64,000 bases of DNA from an uncultured Planctomycetaceae bacterium. GTDB lineage: Bacteria > Planctomycetota > Phycisphaerae > SM23-33. The number at the start of each line of letters is the position of its first letter. Positions within the stretch are counted from its first letter, which is position 1. The stretch covers positions 47,222 to 111,221 of the forward strand of contig CAYRVX010000006.1 in assembly GCA_964427875.1 (NCBI GenBank), in the 5' to 3' direction. The notes beneath the pieces were generated by a model that was not told the DNA's origin, did no database searches, and saw only the letters and a program-made list of their open reading frames with translations. The translations under genes and the position numbers were made by a program. Below are positions 8,628-16,972 of this stretch, piece by piece.

Positions 8628-9818
8628 ATGAAAGAGCTGAGAGCGGACTTGCACGTACATACGTGCCTTTCGCCGTGTGCAGAGGCCGAGATGGTGCCCT
8701 CGGCGATCGTGAGGCAGGCAAGGGCCGCAGGCTTGGATATGATCGGGATATGTGACCACAATTCGGCTGAGAACGTCGCCGCCGTGGCGAGGGCCGGCGA
8801 GAGAGAGTCGATCTCCGTCCTGCCGGGGATCGAGATCACCTCTCGCGAAGAGGTGCATATCGTCGGCCTGTTCCCCACAGAGACCGAGGCCCTGCGCGTT
8901 CAGGCGGTGGTGGACCGGCGCCTGCCTGGAGAGAACGACGAGGAGGCGTTCGGCCCGCAGACGATCGTTGATGAATGGGACCGACAGACCGGCAGGAGCA
9001 CGAAGCTGCTGATAGGGGCCACCGACCTGGCCGTCGAGGAGGTCGTGGAGGCCATTCACGATTGCGGCGGCCTGGCCGTCGCGGCCCACGTCGACCGCGA
9101 GAGGTTCAGTATCGTCGGCCAGTTGGGCTTCATCCCGAAGGGGCTGAAGCTGGATGCGGTCGAGGTGTCGGCCGGAGCGTCGGCCAGAACGTGCTACGAG
9201 TTTCCCGTGATCACGTCCTCGGACGCCCACCGCCTTACGGACATCGGCCGGGGCTCAACCTTGTTCCTCGCCGAAGAGGCGAGCATCGGCGAGATCCGCA
9301 AGGCCCTGCGCGAGGAGGACGGCCGAAGGGTAGCCACCAATATGCAAGACCTCTCGCTGCACATCCTGGACATCGTGGAGAACTCCATCGCGGCGTCGGC
9401 GACCCGCGTCAAGATCGTGATCGAGGAGGACTCGCGAAGCGACCTGTTGTCGCTGGAGATCCAGGACAACGGCCGGGGCATGGACGCCAAGGCACGGGAG
9501 AAGGCCCTCGACCCGTTCTTCACCACGAGGACGACGCGGAAGGTCGGCCTTGGCCTTCCCCTGCTGGCCCAGGCCGCACGGGACACCGGCGGGGACCTCG
9601 AGCTGACTTCCGAACCAGGCCGGGGCACCACGATCAGGGCGGTCTTTCAGCTCAGCCACCCCGACTGCAAGCCACTGGGGGACATCACCGAAACACTGCG
9701 GACAATCCTGTGCGGTCAACCGGAACTGGACCTGGAGTTCGCATACAGGAAAGACTCGAAACTGATAGCCGCCCTTGGCGGCAACCAGTCGGCCAACGAG
9801 GAGTCAGAGAATGGTTAG
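8628..9818 (+). CDS. PHP (polymerase/histidinol-phosphatase) domain fused to a GHKL-type ATPase domain
   Basis: N-terminus: ADLHVHTCLSPCAE...GICDHNS...AAHVDRE...SSDAH (PHP metal ligands). C-terminus: LHILDIVENSI...LEIQDNGRGMD...GLGLPLL...EPGRGTT (HATPase_c). Confidence 0.8.
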   Translation: MKELRADLHVHTCLSPCAEAEMVPSAIVRQARAAGLDMIGICDHNSAENVAAVARAGERESISVLPGIEITSREEVHIVGLFPTETEALRVQAVVDRRLPGENDEEAFGPQTIVDEWDRQTGRSTKLLIGATDLAVEEVVEAIHDCGGLAVAAHVDRERFSIVGQLGFIPKGLKLDAVEVSAGASARTCYEFPVITSSDAHRLTDIGRGSTLFLAEEASIGEIRKALREEDGRRVATNMQDLSLHILDIVENSIAASATRVKIVIEEDSRSDLLSLEIQDNGRGMDAKAREKALDPFFTTRTTRKVGLGLPLLAQAARDTGGDLELTSEPGRGTTIRAVFQLSHPDCKPLGDITETLRTILCGQPELDLEFAYRKDSKLIAALGGNQSANEESENG

Positions 9819-11577
9819 TTTGACGATCGACGGCAACACCGTGGAAGTGGAAGAGGGCTCGACCCTTCTCCAGGCCGCCGAGAAGCTGGGGATACAGATC
9901 CCCACTCTCTGCCACAACAAGGCGCTGGCGCCCTACGGTGCGTGTCGCATCTGCCTGGTGGAAGTGGAAGATGAGCGCGGCTCGAAGCTCCAGGCCTCCT
10001 GCACGTATCCCGCCCAGGAGGGGCTCGTGGTCAAGACCTCGACCGACCGCGTGCTGAGGACCCGCAAGATCATGATGGAGCTCATGCTGGCCCGATGCCC
10101 GGAGGTCGAGTCGATCAAGCAGATGGCCGCGGAGATGGGGATCGAAGAGCCCCGCTTTCCCAAGAAGAACAAGGACTGCATCCTCTGCGGTCTCTGTGTG
10201 AGGGTCTGCCAGGAGAGGATGAACATAGGCGCGGTCAACTTCGTCAACCGGGGCACCGAGAAGCTGATCTCGCCCCCCTACGACAAGCACTCCCCCATCT
10301 GCATAGCCTGCGGGGCGTGCAAGGTGGTCTGCCCGACAGACTGCATCGATCTGTCGGAGATCACGGCCCACACGCCCAGGCCGATCCCCTTGGAGTTCGA
10401 CGAGGGGCTCAGCAGCCGCTCGAGCGTCTACGTCCCCTTCGCGCAGGCAGTGCCCAACGTGCCGGTCATCGACAAGGACAGTTGCATCCGTCTGAAGACC
10501 GGAGAGTGCGGGGCGTGCGAGGCGTTCTGCGAGGCCGGCGCGATCGTCTTCGACCAGGAGGACTCCATCGACGAGGTTGACGTCGGCGCGATCATCGTGG
10601 CGACGGGCTTCAGGCTCTTCGACAGCAGGCAGATCACGCGGTACGGCTACGGGAAGTTCGACAACGTCCTCAGCTCTCTGGAGTTCGAGAGGCTCAGCCA
10701 CGCCAGCGGGCCGACGGGGGGGCGGGTCCTCACGAAGGACGGCCGCGAGCCGCGGGCCGTCGCCATCCTCCACTGCGTCGGCAGCCGCGATGAGAACTAC
10801 GCCGAGTACTGCTCCCGTGTCTGCTGCATGTACTCGCTGAAGTTCGCACACCTCGTCAGGGAGAAGACCGACGCGGAGGTCTACAACTGCTACATCGACA
10901 TCCGGGCGTTCGGCAAGGGCTACGAGGAGTTCTACAAGCGCATCCTCGGCGAGGGGGTGCACTTCATCCGCGGCAAGTGCGCCGAGGTGACCGACGTGGC
11001 CGAGACGCCCGAGGAGGAGGGCAAGCTCGTCGTCGTCGCCGAGGACACCCTTCTGGGCATCACCCGCCGCTTGCCCGTGGACATGGTCATCCTCTCGGCG
11101 GCGTTGGTGCCGGGCGAGGACTCCGACAAGCTCGCCAGGACCTTCTCGATCAACTGCGCCCAGGGCGGGTTCTTCCTCGAGAAGCACCCCAAGCTCGCAC
11201 CGGTGGACTCCATCTCGGACGGCATCTTCCTCGCCGGCGCCTGCGTGGGCCCGAAGGACATCCCCGACTCGGTGGCCCAGGGCGCCGCGGCCGCGGCCGG
11301 GGCGCTCAGCCTCATCGACAGCGGAAAGGTCGTCCTCGAGCCCATCACCGCCGAGATCGACGAAGAACGCTGCGCCGGGTGTCGGCTGTGTATCGCCAAC
11401 TGCCCCTACGCCGCGATTGACTATGATGAAGAAAAGAAGGTCTCGGTGGTCACCGAGGAACTCTGCAAGGGATGCGGCACGTGCGTGGCCGGCTGCCCCT
11501 CCGGGGCCGCCCACCAGAAGAACTTCGAGGACGAGCAGATCTTCTCGGAGATCGAGGGCATCCTGATCGGAGCCTGA
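9811..11577 (+). CDS. fusion protein: plant-type [2Fe-2S] + 2x[4Fe-4S] module (NuoG/HydA/FdhA N-terminal-like) joined to the C-terminal half of HdrA
   Basis: aa 1-180: MVSLTIDGNTVEV...LCHNKALAPYGACRICLVEVE, CILCGLCVRVC, CIACGACKVVCP. aa about 195-588: VYVPFAQAVP, DVGAIIVATGF, HCVGSRDENYAEYCSRVCCMYS, FLAGACVGPKDIPDSVAQG, CAGCRLCIANCP, CKGCGTCVAGCP (HdrA-like). No H-cluster motifs. The ATG at 9811 overlaps the previous stop. Confidence 0.85.
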   Translation: MVSLTIDGNTVEVEEGSTLLQAAEKLGIQIPTLCHNKALAPYGACRICLVEVEDERGSKLQASCTYPAQEGLVVKTSTDRVLRTRKIMMELMLARCPEVESIKQMAAEMGIEEPRFPKKNKDCILCGLCVRVCQERMNIGAVNFVNRGTEKLISPPYDKHSPICIACGACKVVCPTDCIDLSEITAHTPRPIPLEFDEGLSSRSSVYVPFAQAVPNVPVIDKDSCIRLKTGECGACEAFCEAGAIVFDQEDSIDEVDVGAIIVATGFRLFDSRQITRYGYGKFDNVLSSLEFERLSHASGPTGGRVLTKDGREPRAVAILHCVGSRDENYAEYCSRVCCMYSLKFAHLVREKTDAEVYNCYIDIRAFGKGYEEFYKRILGEGVHFIRGKCAEVTDVAETPEEEGKLVVVAEDTLLGITRRLPVDMVILSAALVPGEDSDKLARTFSINCAQGGFFLEKHPKLAPVDSISDGIFLAGACVGPKDIPDSVAQGAAAAAGALSLIDSGKVVLEPITAEIDEERCAGCRLCIANCPYAAIDYDEEKKVSVVTEELCKGCGTCVAGCPSGAAHQKNFEDEQIFSEIEGILIGA

Positions 11578-11601
11578 ACCACTCGAACGGAGAACGCATA
11601 G

Positions 11602-12045
11602 ATGGCCGAAGAGCAGTTCCAACCGAAGATCGTCGGGTTCCTTTGCCGCTGGTGCTCGTACACGGGGGCGGACCTGGCCGGCACCAGCCGCATCCAGTAC
11701 CCCTCGAACCTGGCCGCCATCCGGGTGATGTGCTCGGGCCGCGTCGATCCCACGTTCGTGGTCAAGGCGCTCAGCGACGGCGCCGACGGCGTCCTGATCG
11801 CAGGCTGCCATCCCGGCGACTGTCATTACTCGGAAGGCAACTACAAGGCAATGCGCCGCTACCCGATGCTCCTGAAACTCCTGGAGCAGTTCGGCATCGA
11901 GCGCCAGCGCGTTCGCCTCGAGTGGATCTCGGCCTCCGAGGGCGAGCGGTTCGCCGAGGTCGTCAGGGAGTTCACCGAGCAGATCAGGTCGCTGGGCCCG
12001 CTCAACTGGAACGAGAGGGTCGCGGCCTGTTGCGAAGCAACATAG
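11602..12045 (+). CDS. mvhD: MvhD/FlpD-type hydrogenase delta subunit ([2Fe-2S] electron-transfer adaptor)
   Basis: KIVGFLCRWCSYTGADLAG...VMCSGRVDP...LIAGCHPGDCHY, the characteristic MvhD Cys pattern. Confidence 0.85.
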   Translation: MAEEQFQPKIVGFLCRWCSYTGADLAGTSRIQYPSNLAAIRVMCSGRVDPTFVVKALSDGADGVLIAGCHPGDCHYSEGNYKAMRRYPMLLKLLEQFGIERQRVRLEWISASEGERFAEVVREFTEQIRSLGPLNWNERVAACCEAT

Positions 12046-12054
12046 GGACGAGAA

Positions 12055-13023
12055 ATGGCAAAACCGAAAGTGGCATTCTATTGGTGTGCCTCCTGCGGCG
12101 GCTGCGAAGAGACCGTCGTGGACCTGGCCGAGGACATCCTCAAGGTCGTGGAGGCGGTGGACATCGCGCTCTGGCCGGTGGCCCTGGACTTCAAGCTCAA
12201 GGACGTCCGCGCCTGGGAGCCGGGCGAGGTGGCCGTGGCCTTCATCAACGGGGCCGTGCGCCTCAGCGAGCAGGAAATGTGGGTCAAACTGCTGCGGGAG
12301 AAATGCCCGCTGGTGGTGGCCTTCGGCTCGTGCGCCCACCTGGGCGGGATTCCCGGCCTGGCGAACTTCACCAGCCGGGAGGAGATCTTCGCGAACAAGT
12401 ATCACCGTTCGCCCTCGGTGGACAATCCCGACGGCGTGGTGCCGCAGGAAGAGACGAACGTGGCCGGCTACGACCTCGAGCTGCCCAGGTTCTGGAAGGA
12501 CGTCAAGGCGCTCGACCAGGTGATCGACGTGGATTACTACCTCCCGGGCTGCCCGCCGCCGCCGGAACTGGTGGCCAAGGCCATCAACGCCATCCTCGCC
12601 GGCGACCTGCCGCCCAAGGGCTCGGTCCTCGCCCCGGAGAAGGCCCTCTGCGAGACCTGCCCGCGAAACGACTCCAAGCCCGAGGACCTGACCATCGCCT
12701 CCTTCAAGCGGGTCGCGACAAGCACGCCGGACCCGGAGAAGTGCTTCCTGGCCGACGGCTTCCTGTGCATGGGGCCGGCCACCCGCGGCGGCTGCGGCGA
12801 ACGCTGCATCAACGCCAACATGCCCTGCCGCGGCTGCTTCGGGCCCACGCCCGACGCCCTCGACGCCGGCCTCAAGATCCTCAGCGCCGTCGCCTCCCGC
12901 GGCGAGGCCGACACCGCCGAGTCCGCCGAGGCGCTGGCAGAGTCCCTTGTCGATCCGCTGGGCACGTTCTACCGTTTCTCCCTGCCGGCTTCCATGCTCA
13001 GGCGGCGAGTCAGTAAGGAATGA
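12055..13023 (+). CDS. mvhG: [NiFe] hydrogenase small subunit, cytoplasmic group-3 (MvhG-like)
   Basis: KVAFYWCASCGGCEE...AFGSCAHLGGIPG...GCPP...CRGCFGP. No Tat signal. Adjacent to mvhD and the large subunit. Confidence 0.85.
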   Translation: MAKPKVAFYWCASCGGCEETVVDLAEDILKVVEAVDIALWPVALDFKLKDVRAWEPGEVAVAFINGAVRLSEQEMWVKLLREKCPLVVAFGSCAHLGGIPGLANFTSREEIFANKYHRSPSVDNPDGVVPQEETNVAGYDLELPRFWKDVKALDQVIDVDYYLPGCPPPPELVAKAINAILAGDLPPKGSVLAPEKALCETCPRNDSKPEDLTIASFKRVATSTPDPEKCFLADGFLCMGPATRGGCGERCINANMPCRGCFGPTPDALDAGLKILSAVASRGEADTAESAEALAESLVDPLGTFYRFSLPASMLRRRVSKE

Positions 13024-14489
13024 AGACCATGAGTAAGCGAATCACCATAGACCCCATCACCCGCCTCGAAGGCCACGGCAAGATCGAGATCTTCCTCAAC
13101 GACGCCGGCGACGTGGAGCGGGCCTTCTTCCAGGTGCCCGAGCTGCGCGGCTTCGAGACGTTTTGCCTCGGCCGGCCGGCCGAGGAGATGCCGCGCATTA
13201 CGCCGCGGATCTGCGGCGTCTGCCCCACGGCCCACCACATGGCGTCCACCAAGTGCCTGGACGACCTCTGGAAGGTCGACCCGCCTCCGGCGGCGAAGAA
13301 GCTCCGCGAGCTGGCATACAACGCGTTCATGCTCGAGGACCACTATATCCATTTCTTCTACCTCGCCGCCCCCGACTTCGTCGTCGGACCCACCGCGCCC
13401 GCGGCGGAGCGCAACATCCTCGGCGTCATCGGCAAGGTCGGCCTGGAGATCGCCGGGAAGGTCATCCGCGTCCGCCGCGAGACGCGCCAGATGATGCAGA
13501 CCATGATGGGCAAGGTGATCCATCCGGTCTTCGGCCTGCCGGGCGGCGTGTCGCGCGGCATCAGCGAGGAGGAGCGCGGCGAGTTCCTCAAGACGGCCGA
13601 TTTCGCCGTCGAGTTCGCCCAGTTCGCCCTCCAGCTCTTCGACGACGTGGTCCTGAAGAACGAGGATTACCTCAACCTCGTCCTGAACGACGCGTACGCC
13701 CACAAGACGTACTACATGGGCCTGGTGGACGAGGACAACAAGGTCAACTTCTACGACGGGAAGGTCCGCGTCGTCAGCCCCACGGGCGAGGAGGTGGCCA
13801 AGTTCGCGCCGCGGGAGTACCTCGATCACATTGCCGAGCACGTCGAGCCTTGGAGCTACGTCACCTTCCCCTACCTCAAGAACATCGGCTGGAAGGGCTT
13901 CGTGGACGGCCCCGACAGCGGCGTCGTCCGGGCCGCGCCGCTGGCGCGGCTCAATGCCGCCGACGGCATGGCCACGCCGCTGGCCCAGCAGGCCTACGAG
14001 AAGATGTACGAGACGCTCGGCGGCAAGCCCGCCCACGCAACGCTCGCCTTCCACTGGGCGAGGCTCGTCGAGGCGCTCTACTCCGCCGAACGCATGAAGG
14101 AGCTGCTCGAGGACCCCGAGATCACCAGCGACGAGATCCGCAACGAGCCCACGGAAACGCCCTCCGAAGGCGTCGCCATCGTCGAGGCCCCGCGAGGGAC
14201 CCTCGTCCACCATTACTTCACCGACGACGACGGCATCCTGACGAAGGTCAACCTCATCGTGGCCACCAACTTCAACGCCGCGCCCATCGCGATGTCCGTC
14301 GAGAAGGCCGCCAAGGGCATGATCCACGGCGGCGAGGTCAACGACGGGCTGCTGAACATGGTGGAGATGGCCTTTCGCGCGTACGATCCGTGCCACGCCT
14401 GCGCCACCCACAGCCTGCCCGGGCAGATGCCGCTCGTGGCCACGATCCGCGACAGCTCCGGGAAGGTGATCCGGGAAATCCGGCGGTGA
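13020..14489 (+). CDS. mvhA: [NiFe] hydrogenase large subunit, cytoplasmic group-3 (MvhA-like)
   Basis: N-terminal ITRLEGHG and RICGVCPTAHH (L1 motif). C-terminal DPCHACATHS (L2 motif), followed by a cleavable extension. The start may instead be the ATG at 13029. Confidence 0.9.
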   Translation: MKTMSKRITIDPITRLEGHGKIEIFLNDAGDVERAFFQVPELRGFETFCLGRPAEEMPRITPRICGVCPTAHHMASTKCLDDLWKVDPPPAAKKLRELAYNAFMLEDHYIHFFYLAAPDFVVGPTAPAAERNILGVIGKVGLEIAGKVIRVRRETRQMMQTMMGKVIHPVFGLPGGVSRGISEEERGEFLKTADFAVEFAQFALQLFDDVVLKNEDYLNLVLNDAYAHKTYYMGLVDEDNKVNFYDGKVRVVSPTGEEVAKFAPREYLDHIAEHVEPWSYVTFPYLKNIGWKGFVDGPDSGVVRAAPLARLNAADGMATPLAQQAYEKMYETLGGKPAHATLAFHWARLVEALYSAERMKELLEDPEITSDEIRNEPTETPSEGVAIVEAPRGTLVHHYFTDDDGILTKVNLIVATNFNAAPIAMSVEKAAKGMIHGGEVNDGLLNMVEMAFRAYDPCHACATHSLPGQMPLVATIRDSSGKVIREIRR

Positions 14490-14971
14490 CTTCCCCCCCG
14501 CGGCCAATCCTGCTGCTTGCCCTCGGCAATGACATCATGGGCGACGACGGGGCGGCCCTGGCCGCCGCGCGGGCGCTCAAGCAGGATCCCGTCGACGACG
14601 TCGATCTTGTAGAGTCGGGCGAGGCGGGCCTGGCCCTGCTGGATGCCATGGCGGGCTACGATCGCGTCCTGCTGCTGGACTCGATCACCACCGGCCGGCA
14701 TCGGCCGGGAACGGTCCTGGAGTTCTCGAGCGAGGACTTCGACAATGTCGTCGGGCCCTCGCCCCACTACGCCGGGCTTCCGGAAGTGCTCGAGCTGGCC
14801 AGGCGTCTGAACGTCGACTTCCCCGAGGAGGTCCGCGTGCTGGCCTTGGAGATCGAGCGGCCGATGGACTTCCGCGAGACGCTCAGCCCGCGGATCGAGC
14901 AGGCCCTGCCCGCCTACGTGGAACGGGCCTTGGAGATCCTTCGCCAATGGAAAGGAGCACAGGACCGATGA
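14486..14971 (+). CDS. hydrogenase maturation endopeptidase (HycI/HoxW/FrhD family)
   Basis: ILLLALGNDIMGDDGAALAAA...VLLLDSI...SPHYAGLPEVLELA. The GTG start overlaps the large-subunit stop (GTGA). It lies inside the longer spurious ORF 13163-14971. Confidence 0.8.
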   Translation: MTSPPRPILLLALGNDIMGDDGAALAAARALKQDPVDDVDLVESGEAGLALLDAMAGYDRVLLLDSITTGRHRPGTVLEFSSEDFDNVVGPSPHYAGLPEVLELARRLNVDFPEEVRVLALEIERPMDFRETLSPRIEQALPAYVERALEILRQWKGAQDR

Positions 14972-16434
14972 ACAGACGCGAGTTCCTTCGGATACTGACC
15001 GGCTCGGCCGCCCTGGCTGTCGGGCGTCGTTTCGCACCGGCCGCCGCGGACCGAGAGAAGACCGACCCGCCCCTCAACTTCCTGCTGATCACCGCCGACG
15101 ACATGAACTGGGACTCCGTCGGCGTCTACGGCTGCAAGGTGCCGGGCATCACGCCGAACATCGACCGGCTCGCCGCCGGGGGGCTGCGGTTCCAGCGGGC
15201 GCACATAACCATCGCGGTCTGCCAGCCGTGCCGGCAGGTCCTCATGACCGGCCGATACCCCCACCGAAACGGCGGCATGGGCTTCTACGGCATCCGCCAG
15301 AACGTGCCCACGCTCCAGGAGGCGCTGCGGGAGGCCGGCTACTTCCAGGGCATCCTCGGCAAGGTGCCCCACCTCGCGCCCGCCGGGAAGTTCCCCTGGG
15401 ACGTGATCGTAAAGGCCGGTCAGCTCCGCAACGGCCGGGGGCCGGAGCTCTATCGCAAGGCCGCCGCCGACTTCTTCGCCAAGGCCAAGGCGGCCGGAAA
15501 GCCGTTCTTCCTGATGGCCAACTCGCACGACCCGCACCGGCCGTTCGTGGGGGCCCGGCGCAGGAGAAAGAAGCCCCGACCCGGCGCCGCCCAGAAGGCG
15601 TCCGCACCTGCCGCCAGCCGGATCTACGAGCCCCAGGAAGCCATCGTGCCCGCCTTCCTGCCGGACATCCCCAACGTGCGGAGAGAGGTCGCCCAGTACT
15701 TCGGGTCGGTCCATCGCTGCGACGAGACGGTGGGCGCGGTGCTGTCGGCGCTGGCGGAGTCCGCCCTGGCCGACAACACGCTGGTGATGTTCTTCAGCGA
15801 TCACGGCATGGCGTTTCCCTTCGCCAAGACGAACTGCTACTTCAACTCGACGCGCACGCCGTGGATCTGCCGCTGGCCGGGCAGGATCAAGCCCGGCACG
15901 GTCGATCGCGAGCACTTCATCTCGGGCATCGACTTCATGCCGACGATCCTCGCCGCCGCGGGCGTCACGGCGCCTGCGGGCATGGACGGAAAGAGCTTCC
16001 TGCCGCTGCTGACCGGCGGCAAGCAGGCCGGGCGCGAGGAGGTCTTCACCGTCTTCCACGAGACCGCCGGCCGGAAGAAGTACCCCATGCGGTGCCTCCA
16101 GGACCGCCGCTTCGGGTACATCTACAACGCCTGGGCCGACGGCAAGACGGTCTTCCGGAACGAGTCGCAGTCGGGGCTGAGCATGAACGCCATGAAGGCC
16201 GCAGCCCAGACGGACGAGAGGATCGCCGCCCGCGTGAAGCTCTTCCTCTACCGCGTGCCGGAAGAGCTCTACGACTTCGAGAACGACCCCGCCGCGCTGA
16301 AAAACCTCGTCGACGACCCGAAGTGCAAGGACGTGCTCAAGAGGATGCGCGCCAGGGCCCTGGCGACCATGACCGACAAGAAGGACCCCCTCGCGCCGAC
16401 GTTCCGCGAGTTCCTGGGCGGCCTCAGCGCTTGA
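14968..16434 (+). CDS. Tat-exported sulfatase (formylglycine-dependent arylsulfatase family)
   Basis: MNRREFLRIL Tat-like signal. LLITADDMNWD and the CQPCRQVLMTGR (CxPxR) active-site motif. The ATG overlaps the protease stop (ATGA). Confidence 0.85.
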   Translation: MNRREFLRILTGSAALAVGRRFAPAAADREKTDPPLNFLLITADDMNWDSVGVYGCKVPGITPNIDRLAAGGLRFQRAHITIAVCQPCRQVLMTGRYPHRNGGMGFYGIRQNVPTLQEALREAGYFQGILGKVPHLAPAGKFPWDVIVKAGQLRNGRGPELYRKAAADFFAKAKAAGKPFFLMANSHDPHRPFVGARRRRKKPRPGAAQKASAPAASRIYEPQEAIVPAFLPDIPNVRREVAQYFGSVHRCDETVGAVLSALAESALADNTLVMFFSDHGMAFPFAKTNCYFNSTRTPWICRWPGRIKPGTVDREHFISGIDFMPTILAAAGVTAPAGMDGKSFLPLLTGGKQAGREEVFTVFHETAGRKKYPMRCLQDRRFGYIYNAWADGKTVFRNESQSGLSMNAMKAAAQTDERIAARVKLFLYRVPEELYDFENDPAALKNLVDDPKCKDVLKRMRARALATMTDKKDPLAPTFREFLGGLSA

Positions 16435-16972
16435 GCAGCATGTCGCCGTAGGATTCGGCGATCAGGTCTTCCCGGCGGATGCCGAACAGCTCGAGGTACT
16501 CGTTGCACTGGGCCAGGAGCACTTCCTCGGATGCGCCGGCGCCCTGTCGTGAGCCCGTCGAACGGTCGTGGCTCTGGGCCTCGATCTCCACGAACCCGCC
16601 GAGGCCGTCCACCGCGTCGATGTGGAACTTCACGTTGTCGATGAAGTAGATCTCTCGCCGCTTGTCCACGACGACCCGCACGCCCAGCGCCCGGGCGAGG
16701 ATCTCCTTCAGGGCGTTGGTCTGTGGGCCGGGTGGGGCCTCCAGCAGGAGCACGTCGGCCCGCCTCGGTCCGGCGACGTCGGCGCGGTGATAGTGGATCA
16801 GGTGGTTTTCGAGTCCCCCTTCGCGCAGCTTCAGGCGCCCGGTGGCGACCTGGAAATAGGTGTCCACCTGGTGGTCGGTCCCCCGGAACTCCGCCCCGCG
16901 GGCCCGCAGGAGCCGGCGGATCGGGTCGGGATCCTCGCAGGCGGCCTTGATCTCGACATTCACGTGCTTCAT
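16424..16972 (-). CDS. CYTH-domain protein / class IV adenylyl cyclase (CyaB-like)
   Basis: MKHVNVEIKA (the ExExK signature of CYTH)...VDTYF...RLKLRE...FVEIE. The internal ATG at 16972 was chosen because the upstream part of ORF 16424-17257 is Pro/Arg-rich junk. Confidence 0.75.
   Translation of the reverse strand: MKHVNVEIKAACEDPDPIRRLLRARGAEFRGTDHQVDTYFQVATGRLKLREGGLENHLIHYHRADVAGPRRADVLLLEAPPGPQTNALKEILARALGVRVVVDKRREIYFIDNVKFHIDAVDGLGGFVEIEAQSHDRSTGSRQGAGASEEVLLAQCNEYLELFGIRREDLIAESYGDMLLKR

Noticed and set aside
9811-11577. Possibility that the [2Fe-2S]/[4Fe-4S]-containing protein is an [FeFe] hydrogenase (HydA), given the HydABC-like neighbours.
   Set aside because: No H-cluster signatures (TSCCPxW, MPCxxK, ExMxCxxGCxxG) are present. 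The region after the FeS module aligns by motif to the HdrA C-terminal half instead.
13020-14489. Selenocysteine recoding in the [NiFe] large subunit.
   Set aside because: All four Ni-Fe ligand positions are ordinary Cys codons (RICGVCPTAHH, DPCHACATHS), and there is no in-frame TGA.
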